Source: Tubiluchus corallicola | Taxonomy: Eukaryota; Animalia; Priapulida | NCBI GenBank assembly: GCA_030141605.1 | Contig: JAQGDQ010000472.1 | Span: 1 to 64,000 of the forward strand | Direction of reading: 5' to 3' | DNA: 64,000 bases | In this document: positions 12,040 to 29,810 of the stretch, one piece after another | Layout of the letters: every line of letters starts with the position of its first letter | Position numbering within the stretch: the first letter of the stretch is position 1 | Program-made: the position numbers and the translations under genes | The notes under the pieces: generated by a model | Told to the model about the DNA's origin: nothing | Database searches by the model: none | What the model saw: only the letters and a program-made list of their open reading frames with translations

Positions 12040-12746
12040 GACACGTGAAAACCAACGGACAAGACACGTGAAAAACAACGGACAAGACATGTGAAAAACA
12101 ACGGACAAGACACGTGAAAAACAACGGACAAGACACGTGAAAAACAACGGACAAGACACGTAAAAAAGAACGGACAAGACACGTGAAAAACAATGGACAA
12201 GACACGTGAAAAACAACGGACAAGACACGTAAAAAACAACGGACAAGACACGTGAAAAACAATGGACAAGACACGTGAAAAACAACGGACAAGACACGTA
12301 AAAAACAACGGACAAGACACGTGAAAAACAACCGACAAGACACGTGAAAAACAACCGACAAGACACGTGAAAAACAATGGACAAGACACGTGAAAAACAA
12401 CGGACAAGACATGTGAAAAACAACGGACAAGACACGTGAAAAACAGCGGACAAGACACGTGAAAAACAACGGATAAGACACGTGAAAAACAACGGACAAG
12501 ACACGTGAAAAACAACGGATAAGACACGTGAAAAACAACGGACAAGACACGTGAAAAACAACGGACAAGACACGTGAAAAACAACGGATAAGACACGTGA
12601 AAAACAACGGACAAGACACGTGAAAAACAGCGGACAAGACACGTGAAAATCAACGGACAAGACATGTGAAAATCAACGGACAAGACACGTGAAAAACAAT
12701 GGACAAGACACGTGAATAACAATGGACAAGACACGTGAAAAACAAC
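12040..12746. repeat. 23-bp minisatellite, ~30 copies
   Basis: Unit aaaacaacggacaagacacgtga; explains the repetitive ORFs in three frames. Confidence 0.95.
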
Positions 12747-13819
12747 AGCGTCTAAAGCGACGTTTATAAACAATAAACACTATTAACTTTATGGAGCAAA
12801 ATGAGTTCTTTTCGAAAATGATTCAACGCTTTTCAGTAACTGTTATGTTAAATAGTTAACACGTCGTCTGCTAAGTTGATTAACTACATCACTGCTTTTA
12901 AAAGAGGATGATAATTAATTAAAAACACGCCCTTTCTCTCTCCTTCTAGTGTGAAATATGTTAGGCTTTACGTACGAGCAAATTAATTGCTGACTGAAGC
13001 AGCTACTCGGAGCAGTAGACTAGTACTACATAAGAGCATCGCGTACGTAAGACATATCTTTTAACGTCCTCTACCGGCAAAACAGTAAATATCTAAATAA
13101 GTTTCTATCTTTAAACTTTCCTTTCTTATTTATTAAAAACTAAAAATTTCTGCTAAAAATTTAACAAAGGCGAAACACACAATAAATTCACCGATGCAAA
13201 GACACGGCAGCACGTTTTAATAAGTGTACAAACATTTGTTTCTCTATTTGGAAATGGTTGTTGAACAATTTCGCCTGTGTACACAAACCCAGACGAGCGA
13301 GAGCTTGTTAATTCCAGAGCTGAACTAACTAGAGTCGGGATCAATCCAGTTAATCGTCTTTGAGATGTTCTGGATCGATACGCTCATGTCGGCTTAGCTC
13401 GATTGACAGTACTTAAAGCATTTAACTTGTACAAGCGCAGACAATTGATGCTATGAAAACCCAAGCTCATAGGGAGATTAATAATTCTGCGTTTTAGCGC
13501 GCAGTTAGAACTAATCAGGCAATGTTGTGCTAGTTACAGGACATGTAATGAATCCTTTCAGCAATACTTATTATTACTATTTTAGTACTATTTTTAATTG
13601 CAAAACTGTCTCTACAACTTTCGTAAAATTTGAGATAAAACTGGTTTAATAATCTAAAATGAAAGTCAGCTAGGATTCGGCTATCAAATTATTTTTTGGA
13701 CAAGAGCAGTTCATGTTTCTCCTTGCAGACTATCTAAGCTCCCATGACGTTGGTAAGAAATTTCTGCTACTGTTTTAGTTCAAGTACAAAGCTATCAGTA
13801 CGTTAAGGAAATCTTATTG

Positions 13820-13955
13820 GACACACACACACACACGCACACGCACGCGCACGCACGCACACGCACACACACACACACACAACAGCAGCAACAGCAGCAG
13901 CAGCAGCAGCAGCAACACCACAACAGCAGCAGCAGCAGTAACAGCAGTAGTAGTA
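13820..13955. repeat. (CA)n / (CAG)n microsatellites
   Basis: Directly visible. Confidence 0.95.
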
Positions 13956-14682
13956 ATGTTTTTGTTGTCATTACGACCGATGAGATTACATGTACAACGC
14001 GCACGCAACTACAAACGAAGCAAATATCAGTTTACATATTTTTACCATTTTTTCCGGATCAACCCTTTTACGCAAATTTACTTTGTTTGGCTTCAAGCGA
14101 ACGTGTTTTCCTTTGTCAAGCTGTTTGACATTGATAAAACATTTCAAACCTTACTAAAATGTCGTTAGCATTCACAAACAATTCCGCGAAATGACATAAA
14201 TAAGTGATTACATACGTGCAGTGCAATGCAATACGTCTGTGTCGAAATTTTAGTGTTATTTCTACATGCATCAACCCATCAAAACCTCTTTTTCGTTCAG
14301 TGACACACTCACAACTCTTGTCGAAGCAAATTGCTGCGAAAAGATCAGCAACAGAATGCTGCAAAGTGTTCTTCTGGTAATCTTCTCAGTCGAGTTTTGA
14401 CACACATGCGATTTTATCGGACAACTGAAAGTCATTTTCTATACTCTAGTTCCTAAATTCTGTCGTGCAGTGAGTCACGTTATGCAAAATACACACTTCG
14501 CAGACGATGGTAACAGTGACAACCTTGTGCTGTTTTTTTTTGTTCGGGACGCATGTCATCCTAAACTTTTCAACCAGTTTTGCAAACACTCCTGAAAATT
14601 CCCAATTAAGGTTTGACAAACGGAAGAGTAAGGTTGCTGGTAAGTCAGCATCCTGAGAAAAGTTAATTGTTGGTTATGGTGC

Positions 14683-16670
14683 GCGGTAAAAATGGCACAA
14701 GGAAAATTGCATGGTAAAATGGCACAGATAAAAATGCTACAGGAAAAATGGCATGGTAAAATGGCACATGTAAAAATGCTACAGGAAAAATGGCATGGTA
14801 AATTGGCACAGGTAAAATGCTACAGGAAAAATGGCATGGTAAAATGGCACAGGTAAAAATGCTACAGGAAAAATGGCAAGGTAAATTGGCACAGGTAAAA
14901 ATGGTACAGGAAAAATGACAAGGTAAAATCGCACAGGTGCAAATGCTACAGGAAAAATGGCAAGGTAAATTGGCACAGGTAAAAATGGTACAGGAAAAAT
15001 GGCATGGTAAAATTGCACAGGTAAAAATGGCATAAGGAAAATGGCATGGTAAAATGGCACAGGTAAAAATGGAACAGGAAAAATGGCAAGGTAAATTGGC
15101 ACAGGTAAAAATGGCACAAGGAAAATGGCATGGTAAAATGGCACAGGTAAAAATGGTACAGGAAAAATGGCACAAAAAGAAAATTAGAAAAATGGCTAAT
15201 ATGTTATTTTGATGCAATTGATTTCCTTAATAAAACTAGAATGCGCTCAGTAGAAAGCAGATTTCTGCTAAAGCCGAACAATCCTAAACTTATTCGTCTT
15301 ATTCTTTTGATTAAAAAAATGTAAAAGAAAGATAAACAAGCAAACACACAAAATGTACCTGTACTAGCATTATATACAACAGCTAAAGACTAAATAATAT
15401 TTTGTTCATTAAATAGAATTGTGATCAATAATGTTTATAATTGGTGTTTATACTTGTAAACACATCTCGTTTCTCTACCCTTTTTAACCATTAATTTTGG
15501 CAATTGTAGCAGGTTGACATATATACGTATTTACATAAAAGTCAGCTTACTAGGCTACACACATTAATAAGCAAAGGGTGTAGACGGCGGGACACAGATT
15601 TTCAAGCAAGAATTTCTCGAAATGGAACCCGGAACTAACTCGTAGTTGTTTGTCATAGTCCAGATAATACTAAACACCCCTTCGTAGACCTCCACGAAGT
15701 GCTTTATTGTCGAAAAAACGTCAATTTTGGCAGCCAATACTCGCTTTCTCCACAAAGTTTCGTGGAAATCTGTTGGGTAATTTTTGCGTAACACTCTTAC
15801 TGCTATTGCACACAAAGGCATCCAAATCCAGTAAAGATTAAAGGACAAGAAAAGGGGTTCCTGAACTGGTTTCAGAAAAATCACCTTAAAAAATTATATT
15901 ATTTTGCAGCAATTCTATCCGTATATCGTACTCGCGTTGCAAGGAATTTTTGTTTGTTTTCATTTTAAATCTCCCGCAATACTGTTGTCGTAATTACATG
16001 ACGTCACTACGCAAACGTAAATCAGGGGAAGAAAAGGAAATGTTAAATTATGTCCCAAAAAACTTTCCATGCAAATCTATATTACTTAGCATTTTGATTA
16101 CCTCCTGGAAAGACTTATGTAACTAGAAAAGAAAATTTTTAATTATTTAAAATGTTTTTACCAATTGGTAAAATGTCGCTGACTCACCCACCAGGGTGCG
16201 CCACTCACTAACTAAACAAACAAACTGTGTTGAAGCATGACTTCATTGGCAGAGGTAAAAATAACTAGAATAATTATCCCCCCCCCAACCCTAACCCTAA
16301 ACTCATATTTTACTAAGTGTGCAATTTTTTCTGTGCCATTTTTTTCCGTGTGCCATTTTACCTACTTTCCTATTTGTGCCATTTTTTCGTGTGGTATATT
16401 TTACTGTGTCATTTTTCCTGTGCTATTATTCTGTGCATTTTTTTCCTGCGCCATTTTTACCTTGCCATTTTACCTTGCCATTTTTCGTATGCCGTTGTTC
16501 CTGTGCCATTGTCACCGGCGCGCTTTTTACCAACTTTTCCATTTCTGCCATTGTTCCTGTGCCATTGTTGCTGCGCCATTGTTACATGCGCGATTTTTAC
16601 CAACTTTTCCATTTGTGCCATTTTTAATGTGCAATTTTTTCCTGTGCAATTTTTACCTTGCCAATTTACC
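14683..16670. mobile_element. Foldback-like element with internally repetitive inverted arms (14683-15180 and 16317-16670)
   Basis: Left arm has 14-15-bp units ggtaaaaatggcaca; right arm has the complementary tgtgccattttt units; aaccctaacccta motif at ~16288; TSD not resolved. Confidence 0.6.
15233..16258 (-). mobile_element. Non-autonomous Helitron-like element nested in the foldback element, itself interrupted by a repeat
   Basis: Ends aactagaatgcgctcagtagaaagcagatttctgc and gcatgacttcattggcagaggtaa resemble the common animal TTACCTCCGCCAAGG...hairpin-CTAG elements (recalled, not searched). Confidence 0.55.
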
Positions 16671-17129
16671 TACATTTGTTGGCGGTGTGTTAACAGACTA
16701 TGAAAGTGTTAACGGTCTTATGTGTGCCTTCAATATAAAGAAAGCAAGCAATTTTTTAGCAATGACTAGACTGAAATCAGGCAGAGTCATACTAAAAACC
16801 TACATAATATTATCAAGTAAATGGATTGGTTTGTCGTTTATACACAGTTCTGAAACTGCCGAAGGGGTTGCGTGTAGCCAACAAAGCACTTGCAGACTAT
16901 ACTACCGGGAAATCATTAAATATTTGCTATATTCATCTACTAATATTTCTGCTACGAGTCTGAGAACTTCTGAATTGGACACTTGTCCACGAAACACACG
17001 CAGCTGCCGCAAAGCGCCAAACTGTCTGCAGGTAACTACAAAACAGAAATCTTTTATTTTGCCAACGCATGTCTAAATTTTTCTATATGAAACTGTAAAA
17101 TGGGTTTTCGTATAAGTTTGAAGTTGAAC

Positions 17130-17525
17130 TAGGGGTGAGCATCGAACGTTCGAATTTGTTCGAACGAGTTTTTTAGATCGAATTCGATTCGAAGCTAAAA
17201 TTATAGATTCGAGTAATTCAGCACTTCAGCCACTTATGTTCTTTATCATTAAAACATTTGAAACGTCACGCAATTAGTTCAATTTAGCTGTGATTTCTGT
17301 GCAAAATTTTTAGTAAACTAATAGCGGTTTTACTGCAGAACAAAATCAAGTAATCTTTGTAAGACCACTTTTTACTAGTGGTTCGAAAACTTGTTCGAAC
17401 ATCTTTCAAACTCAATTCGTATTCGATTCGGATTCGAAATACTGAAATTCGGTTCGTTTCGAATTCGAAAGTCACAAATTCGATTCGATTCGAGTTAGTT
17501 TTCTGCTTGAGAATGCTCATCCCTA
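17130..17525. mobile_element. hAT-type MITE rich in TTCGA motifs
   Basis: TIR taggggtgagcat/atgctcatcccta; degenerate flanks agttgaac/cttagaac. Confidence 0.7.
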
Positions 17526-17951
17526 CTTAGAACTCTATTTAAAAGTGGACTGCATAATTAAACGTTGATAGGAGCACAACCTGGTTTCAAACATTGTCGC
17601 AGACTGTGACATTGAATGCATACCCTCTAAATAACTATGGAAGTTTTTGCTGAATCAATCAAAGTGGTTTATTTATGATATTGCAGCAATGATCAGGCTG
17701 AAATAACAACAACAAAATAATTACATATAATACTGCCATACCGCATAAGTACAAATATAAATGTTTCGAATTATGCTAATTTAAGAATTGTTCCTTTAAT
17801 CGCAAAAGTATAACTGCAAATAATATACCGTTCTAAATGTTAAACATCTGCTCGACACTGCATGGAGTTCTTATCGTTAAATGTGTTAAGAATTGCCTCC
17901 TGGCAAACAGCAATACGGGTGCTCTTCATATGCTGAAATCTTCAAGATCCT

Positions 17952-20900
17952 CTATCCCCCCCCTAAGTCTTGGACGGAGGTAGCATACGTCGAAGACTGA
18001 TAACTGACCAAATTACCAGACATATCAAAGTCTTTGTGCCACTGAGGAGTTGTCCTCTGCCGAGTTGAACGACGTAGTGGTATAACTGGGTTGGGTGGAG
18101 CTGATGCAGTCGAAGGAGGGTCAATGGACTTATCAACTGGTTTGGAATTGTCTGGTATGGTAGTTAGTGGAATATGTGAGGGTGTGCTGAGGTTAGGGAG
18201 AGGGTCCTCTGGTCCAACAGGTTTGTCTGTTTGTTTGAAATCCATGTGTTTGGGTGACACTAAGGTTGAATTATTAGGGCGTTGGTTTGTTTTAGGTGGC
18301 AAAGTGGTTGATGTTGCAGGTTTCTCAACTGGTAAGCATCTGTCATTGTAAGCAAGGTCAGTATCAATAGAGATACTGGGGCGTGGTGGATGAATTGGTT
18401 CATATTTCCGAAGAAAACGTCTATTCCGAAGTGTTACTCTGCCCGAGCCATCCACCTTGATGACATATTGGTCATATTGACGGACTTCAATGACTATACC
18501 AGACTTGTCCCATTTGGTAGGATGTTTCCCAGTCTGATTTTGTAAATGTACCTTGTCACCAACAACTAGTGGGGGTAAGCGTTTTGTGTGTTCAGTCCAC
18601 CGTTCCGATGCTTTCATGTGTCTGTTACGCAAGGCTTCTTCTCGGGCTAGTAGTGATTCCTGCCAAGTGTTATGAGGTTGGTAGCGACCGGGTATTATAG
18701 GGATGAAGTCTCGTATAGGGCGGCCAAACAGACACTGGGCAGGTGAGAGTTTGGTATCTCTGTCTGGGCAGTTTCTGTACTGCAGGATTGCTCGTTGAAA
18801 CAAGTCTGTATTAAGGTCTCCCTGGGGGCCAGTATTATTCATAATCATGCGCTTAACGGTCTTAACGCCTAATTCGGCTCTACAATTGCTGTGAGGAAAG
18901 GCAACCGAAGAGAAACGATGATGGACACCCCAGTCTGAAAAAAACTGGCGTGTTTGGAATGAAATAAATTCTGGGCCACCATCTGAGGCCAGTTCCTCAG
19001 CAATGCCGTAAGTGACAAAAACTCGGCGGAGGCAGGCAATGAGACCAGTGGCCCCAATTGGAGAACGTTCGACAATGGGCCAGTTGGAATAACGGTCAAC
19101 AACAACGAGGTAGTAGACGCCCTTGTAATGAAAGAAGTCAGCGCAGATGCACTGAAATGGGTATACCGGCAAAACTGGGGGAACGGGCGGTGCTGCCGGT
19201 TGTGAGGGTGCAATACGGTTGCATTCTTGGCAACGACTTCGAAGTGCCGATATGGCTGTCGTTATGCCTGGCCAGAATACTGATGATTCTGCACGAGAAA
19301 TCATGGATGAGACCCCTTGGTGTGCTGCATGGAGTGATGAAAGCACAGTGTCACGTAGGCATGGGGGAATAACGATGCGTTCTTTATAGAGAATAACACC
19401 ATCGATGGTGTGGAGGTGTTCCCTGAACTGGTAATACTCACGTATTGGAGCTGGGAACTCCTGACGTGCTTCTGGCACGTTAGTTTCTATGATGTCTCTT
19501 AATAAGTTCATGGTGGTGTCACTTGTTGTAGCAACTCGGACCATATCCCATGTCACTGATTTGAAGTTTGCAAGCTTTGTGGCAGCTGAACATATTAAGG
19601 ATGTCTCAAAGGAATCTGAAGGCGTTTCCTGACAACGAATACCTTCCAAAAAGAAAGTAGGTAGGTTTGGCAAGGTAATATTAGTGTCCTGTCGAATTGT
19701 GGCAATGTCGTCAGGCAAAGGCATATCACCAGCATGGCCAGGGCAAGACGGGTGTCGAGAGATGCCATCTGCAGCTCGATGTTTTGCTCCAGGGACATGT
19801 ATGACCTGGAATTTGAAACGGAGCGTCTTTTCCTTCAGATTCCTAAGGCGAGGGTTGGGCATGTCATCAAGGGATCTGTTGCTGAAGATCTTGAGCAATG
19901 GTTTGTGGTCCACTGCAATAGTCAGGTTTGTACAACCCAGGACAAAGTACCTAGCTTTTTGAAGGGCATCTGCCACTGCTAGGGCTTCACCTTCAATTGG
20001 GGCATATCGTGATTCTGCTGGTGTGGTGAATCGGCTTCCCACAAGAGTGATTTTCCACCCAGTACGGCAACAAAAAGGAGTTGATTTGGGGCATTTGCAG
20101 TGTTTTTGGAGCAGCCAGAAGCCAATGCCTGACTTTGACCAATCAGTGGCCAAGCATGTCGGCCGTGTTTTATCGAAAATTCGAACACCGTCTTCTATTT
20201 CCTGAACAATGAGTGCCTTGGACTCATTAAATATCTCATCTAGTTGTGCATTCCATGTGAATGGGGTCCCGGGTTTCAGGAGTGCACGGAATGGAAGCAT
20301 TCGGTCAGCCATACTGAAAGCATAACTAACTTGGTTTATTACGCCGAACCAAGATCGAACATCAGTGATGTTTTTTGGAGTGGGAAATTTTAGTATAGCT
20401 TGGAGATATCGCCGACAAGGGCGGACACTATTGGGTGTAATTTCAAATCCTGCAAATTCAACTGTGTCTTCAGCAAAGATGAACTTGTCAGGATTAAGAG
20501 TGATGCCATGACGGCCACATATGTCAAGCCATTCTATTGCCTGGAAAAAGCTTTCTTTGATTGTAGGTGACCAGAGGAGTGTGTCATCAATACATTTTGT
20601 GTGACGGGGTACGTGTGACACAATCTCGTCATAGCGTCTTGAGTAACCATCACCCGAAGCAATGTAGCCCTGTGGGGCTGTTTTGTAGCGATATCGGCCC
20701 CACGGAGTGATAAACGTAGTAAGATGGCGGTCCTCTGTACGGATTGGGACACTGTGGTAGCCATTCCAGGCATCAAGTACCGTTTTCTTCATGTTTGGGG
20801 GTACAGATCTTGCCTGCAGAAATGGTGACTGGGTGTGGTGGGTTTCTCTTGTGGCATGAACATTTAGGGCTTGAAAGTCAACAGTTCTGCGGGGTTGGCC

Positions 20901-21056
20901 GTTTTTCTTGGGGCATACAATCATTCGATGGCACCAAGTGACAGGTTCGCCAATGGGGACAGGTTCCAAGACTCCTAGGTGGACGTCGCGATCGATATCT
21001 GCTTTGACTTGTTTCTGCCAATGCAAGGCGACTGGGATGGGGTTGTGATGTGCCAC
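17952..21056 (-). CDS. RT-RNase H-integrase part of the polyprotein (joined to gag-PR by a 1-nt frameshift at ~21057-21060)
   Basis: [17 protein letters not shown]; RNase H TDWS...E...DH...ADGISR; integrase H-H-C-C and D..D..E (ADFF, SDGGPEF, AELGVK). Confidence 0.92.
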   Translation of the reverse strand: MAHHNPIPVALHWQKQVKADIDRDVHLGVLEPVPIGEPVTWCHRMIVCPKKNGQPRRTVDFQALNVHATRETHHTQSPFLQARSVPPNMKKTVLDAWNGYHSVPIRTEDRHLTTFITPWGRYRYKTAPQGYIASGDGYSRRYDEIVSHVPRHTKCIDDTLLWSPTIKESFFQAIEWLDICGRHGITLNPDKFIFAEDTVEFAGFEITPNSVRPCRRYLQAILKFPTPKNITDVRSWFGVINQVSYAFSMADRMLPFRALLKPGTPFTWNAQLDEIFNESKALIVQEIEDGVRIFDKTRPTCLATDWSKSGIGFWLLQKHCKCPKSTPFCCRTGWKITLVGSRFTTPAESRYAPIEGEALAVADALQKARYFVLGCTNLTIAVDHKPLLKIFSNRSLDDMPNPRLRNLKEKTLRFKFQVIHVPGAKHRAADGISRHPSCPGHAGDMPLPDDIATIRQDTNITLPNLPTFFLEGIRCQETPSDSFETSLICSAATKLANFKSVTWDMVRVATTSDTTMNLLRDIIETNVPEARQEFPAPIREYYQFREHLHTIDGVILYKERIVIPPCLRDTVLSSLHAAHQGVSSMISRAESSVFWPGITTAISALRSRCQECNRIAPSQPAAPPVPPVLPVYPFQCICADFFHYKGVYYLVVVDRYSNWPIVERSPIGATGLIACLRRVFVTYGIAEELASDGGPEFISFQTRQFFSDWGVHHRFSSVAFPHSNCRAELGVKTVKRMIMNNTGPQGDLNTDLFQRAILQYRNCPDRDTKLSPAQCLFGRPIRDFIPIIPGRYQPHNTWQESLLAREEALRNRHMKASERWTEHTKRLPPLVVGDKVHLQNQTGKHPTKWDKSGIVIEVRQYDQYVIKVDGSGRVTLRNRRFLRKYEPIHPPRPSISIDTDLAYNDRCLPVEKPATSTTLPPKTNQRPNNSTLVSPKHMDFKQTDKPVGPEDPLPNLSTPSHIPLTTIPDNSKPVDKSIDPPSTASAPPNPVIPLRRSTRQRTTPQWHKDFDMSGNLVSYQSSTYATSVQDLGGG

Positions 21057-22873
21057 GGGGTGGCATCAGAATTCACCATGAGTTTCAAAGGGGGCCCTTC
21101 CATAAGTGGGAGAGGTTGGTGCTCACATATGTTGAATGTGCTTGCCTTGTAAGTGTCAAGGAGGTACTGTCTCAGTTTTGGCAAATTTTCTTGCGTTGGT
21201 GAAAATGGCAGTTGGGAGGGTGGTGTAGGTGGCAGCTGTCGTCGTGGACAGTGGCACTCAGATGTCAAACCACTACTGTTTTGTTGGGGTTTGGATATGT
21301 CATGTGTCTCAGATGAAGTGCTGTTTGATGATGATATCTCTAGCGTGTTGCACACCTCACCAATCTTTGGAAAGCTTTCTGTGATCATTCCGAGTGCAAT
21401 ACAAGCTTCACGGCTAATGTATAATTTGTTTGAAGTATCGGTGACATATACGATCTGCCTGGTTTCCAGTTGTTTGCCAGCCGTAGATGTACCAGTGAAT
21501 CTTAGGATAGCAGCGCCAAGGATGTTAATTCCACGATCATTTGCAGCTTGCATGCGCATGGTGACAGGTATGAGATGTTGCTCTGATATGCCTATGCGAG
21601 TGAGGATTTTAAGGCTGCACAAGCAACTCTGGCATCCGGTGTCTGCTATTGCTGAAATTATACAAGAATTTGGTTGTCTGCCACAGCGAAAACCAAGGGC
21701 TGTGTAGTCACTTGGGTTTATTGACATGCGCAGTGTAACAAATGGTTGAGGCTTCGATGGTTGGCGTAGCCAACTATTACACATCTGGTCATATAGGTGA
21801 TGACTAAGGGGAACTGTACGACGGCTATTTTTTTCATGTACGTGTGGTGTAAATGAACACAATGTATCGAACACAGCTCCCTGTTCACCCAGTGAGGTGG
21901 ATTGTTCACGACCTCTGTCACGGTCTGGAACAGCATGTTTTGGCTTATTTCTAGATCTACATACCGGAGCGAAATGGTTTCTGCGACTGCAATATGTACA
22001 GGTTTTGCCGAAAGCTGGACATTTGTCCTGTCGTAATTGAAAATCAGAACCACTTCCATGACCGTGCCTTCCACAGTGGCTGCATGGTTCAGATGTTTTA
22101 TCTTTGGCTAGATTGCTTGTTGTTCGTCTGTATGAGCTACGCACTGCTTCAGCATTGTGGGTATCGAAGAGTTTTGAAGCAGATCTTTTTCCAGATTCTC
22201 TGCTTTCAATTAGCATTAATAATTCTTCGATTTCCATGACTTGATTTTTGTCGCCGAGAATGTCCAGTTGGATTTCTGGATCTGCGATGCCGCGTGTGAT
22301 ACAGTCACGAATTATTTCGTTGGTATAGCTGACACTGGTGTCGCACTCGGGACATTTCACTTCATAATTGCAGATGCCGGCTTGTCCTCGTAGACGGGCG
22401 CAGAATGCACGGATAGGTTCTTCACGGTCTTGTCGCATATCATGCAATGCTACACGAGCCACCATGGTGTTCTCAACGCGAACAGCGAGCTTTTTGATAG
22501 CATTAAGAACTACATCTTCTGCTTTGCCACTGAGACTGCCACCAGCAGAACGAGTGAGATCTTTACGTAACGTTTCATCACAACATTCTAATAATTGAAT
22601 TACTCTGTCTTTACCAGTGATACCAGTGGCATCTACGTATTCTTGCCAACGTGTGGTAAAATATGCCCATTCTTCGCTGGTACCGGCGGCAGATACAGTA
22701 GGCCTTTTCACTTTTTCAATTTTCGCAGTTGGAGCAGAATGTGCGGGTGGTGCCGCCTCTGTGTTCGTGGTGTGACTACCACGATGTATTTGCAGGAGTT
22801 CGAGAACGATAGCCTCCGACAAGTCCTCTGTTGCATAATTGCAGCCAGTAATTGGGCATTGAACAATTGGCAT
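20975..22873 (-). CDS. Gag-protease part of the polyprotein
   Basis: Two CCHC-type knuckles (CSHCGRHGH...C; [14 protein letters not shown]), protease ADTGCQS. Confidence 0.9.
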   Translation of the reverse strand: MPIVQCPITGCNYATEDLSEAIVLELLQIHRGSHTTNTEAAPPAHSAPTAKIEKVKRPTVSAAGTSEEWAYFTTRWQEYVDATGITGKDRVIQLLECCDETLRKDLTRSAGGSLSGKAEDVVLNAIKKLAVRVENTMVARVALHDMRQDREEPIRAFCARLRGQAGICNYEVKCPECDTSVSYTNEIIRDCITRGIADPEIQLDILGDKNQVMEIEELLMLIESRESGKRSASKLFDTHNAEAVRSSYRRTTSNLAKDKTSEPCSHCGRHGHGSGSDFQLRQDKCPAFGKTCTYCSRRNHFAPVCRSRNKPKHAVPDRDRGREQSTSLGEQGAVFDTLCSFTPHVHEKNSRRTVPLSHHLYDQMCNSWLRQPSKPQPFVTLRMSINPSDYTALGFRCGRQPNSCIISAIADTGCQSCLCSLKILTRIGISEQHLIPVTMRMQAANDRGINILGAAILRFTGTSTAGKQLETRQIVYVTDTSNKLYISREACIALGMITESFPKIGEVCNTLEISSSNSTSSETHDISKPQQNSSGLTSECHCPRRQLPPTPPSQLPFSPTQENLPKLRQYLLDTYKASTFNICEHQPLPLMEGPPLKLMVNSDATPWHITTPSQSPCIGRNKSKQISIATST

Positions 22874-22875
22874 TC

Positions 22876-22963
22876 TTCCGCCTGATCATAAATAACTATG
22901 GAAGTTTTTGCTGAATCAATCAAAGTGGTTTATTTATGATATTGCAGCAATGATCAGGCTGAA
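22876..22963 (-). promoter_or_regulatory. Putative self-priming PBS (22880-22888) complementary to the predicted transcript 5' end (~22951-22960)
   Basis: 14-bp inverted repeat with 1 mismatch (ttccgcctgatcat / atgatcaggctgaa); TATA-like tatatg 30 nt upstream of an Inr-like tcAg on the minus strand. Confidence 0.65.
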
Positions 22964-23215
22964 ATAACAACAACAAAATAATTACATATAATACTGCCAT
23001 ACCGCATAAGTACAAATATAAATGTTTCGAATTATGCTAATTTAAGAATTGTTCCTTTAATCGCAAAAGTATAACTGCAAATAATATACCGTTCTAAATG
23101 TTAAACATCTGCTCGACACTGCATGGAGTTCTTATTGTTAAATGTGTTAAGAATTGCCTCGTGGCAAACAGCAATACGGGTGCTCTTCATATGGTGAAAT
23201 CTTCAAGATCCTCNN

Positions 23216-24948
23216 AATGGTTTAATATTTAAGTTAGCCCGAGCAGGGGTAGCAGGCAAGCTTTTGAAATTGATTTGTTCGTTTCTGAAAAACAGGCGTA
23301 TTAAAATACGCATAGAAAATTATTTGTCAGAAGAAATGTTGTGTCACATAGGTGTACCGCAGGGATCTGTCCTGTCACCGCTATGTTAACAACACGAAAG
23401 TGCTTGGAATTACTGTCGATAAACGTATGAATTTTAATAGCCATACATCTAGAACCAGGCAAAGTGCTTGGAAGAAATGGGCTAAACTCAAGAACGTAAT
23501 TTATAAAAATAAAGGTTTAAGAATGACAACCATTATTAGATTATTCCAATCTGTTGTGATGCCAAGTATATTTTATGGTGTGCCGAGCTGAATGAACAGA
23601 AAACTCGCTGATTTTGATGATTTATGGTATGACGTAATGAAAGCTGCGGCGGGGGTGGGGTACAATCCCAGGAAATCTGATATTGAATGTATTTGTGGAA
23701 TGCCTCCAGTAGATATAGTTTTTTTTCGTGCATAGTCAGTAAACTTATATTAAAAACTTTGAGCTGTACGGATGAGGATTTACTTAAGCAAGAAATACTT
23801 ATTTGTGAAGCATTGCCTTTAAATCGTCGAACAAATAATCACCCTGTAAAAACTCATTTGGCTACGGCAAAACCTTTTATAAAAATATGCAAAGGGCTTA
23901 ATATGAGAACCGAAAATCTCGGTAATTTGGAGTATATTAATTTACGCTACACCAGACAAGAGTTTATCAAATTTCAAAGCTCACAATGGAGGCGAAGAAT
24001 TCAACGTAGGAACCAACTAGATGGCATAACCACTAATATCACAACAGCTATGTTAACGCCACTGTGTCTACCACTAACGAATCACGAAAGGCTTATTGAA
24101 ACAACTGCATTAAACTTACTTTTAAATAGGGGAACTAAATCATTTCGGTATAGAATAGGCGAACAAAATACAGATTGCTGTCATTGTAATAATGCAACTC
24201 CTCAAACACCAGAACACATTATATTTGACTGTGATTTGGTAGACCGTCAATTTCGAATGAATATAAGACAAGTTCTGCCCTCAGCCAACATAAGCGAGAT
24301 TTATTTAAATAGAGATAAAGATGTGTGCCAGGCATATGTAAATATTGTTAGAGATGTTGTGCGAAAAAATTGCTATAAAGTAACTCAAATTATATTCACA
24401 GAAAAACAGGTAGTGAGGTAATCGTTATATTGTATATAATATAGTGTAAACTAAGTATGTATTTTAAATTTATTGTAAATAGGCATTATGAATAATCTTG
24501 TTATTGTAAATTTATATTTTGTAAGCGAACCCCTGCAAATAGAGGGGAAACAATGTATTCATTATTTAATAAAAGACTTATAATAATTATAATTTACTGC
24601 AAGAGATAGGAACATCTGCGACTTGTTTGGAAAAGTTGTACGAAATATTGTAAATATACAGATTTTCTGAAATTATTAAGTGGATTAGAAGTTTTTTGAT
24701 ATTACTAATGTAAAGTACTTAATTTGGTTTTGTGTGTTCTTTCACAACTGTCTATTTGTCAGTTCACATGTAAGAAATGTCATATTTCGTATATTTGTAT
24801 ATTAACTAGAACTGCTTTGAAACTCATGTATTAATGTATTATTATGTTAACTTGCTCTGAAAATTATGTGCATTTACTGTAAAATGTCATGTACAGCCTG
24901 CAAAATGAGGTACTTTTTTAAATAAAAGAGTTATAATATTAATAATAA

Positions 24949-24949
<1 letters not shown>
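23216..24949 (+). mobile_element. Near-identical duplicate of the LINE 3' part (27621-29355), adjacent to an NN gap
   Basis: Only a handful of differences; shares the same RT-core deletion. Confidence 0.9.

Positions 24950-29810
<4,861 letters not shown>

Larger units (their letters stand above)
17628..23215 (-). mobile_element. Full-length young Ty3/Gypsy (Mag-like) LTR retrotransposon with 327-bp LTRs
   Basis: Direct repeats 17628-17954 and 22889-23215 (3 mismatches seen; last 2 nt are NN); G8 PPT at 17956-17963; gag-PR-RT-RH-INT in between. Confidence 0.93.

Noticed and set aside
11759-12773. Long ORFs (233-292 aa) and CRISPR-like periodicity
   Set aside because: Translations of a 23-bp tandem repeat; no unique spacers, no cas genes, eukaryotic context
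13729-13752. Possible 24-nt plus-strand microexon (ttgcag...gtaaga)
   Set aside because: Splice-like signals only; no homology or neighbouring exons to support it
14663-17076. Cys/Phe-rich ORFs up to 279 aa
   Set aside because: Arise from the repetitive arms of the foldback-like element
18091-22598. Antisense and alternative-frame ORFs inside the Gypsy element (likewise 1982-4362)
   Set aside because: Shadow ORFs of the polyprotein with no recognisable motifs
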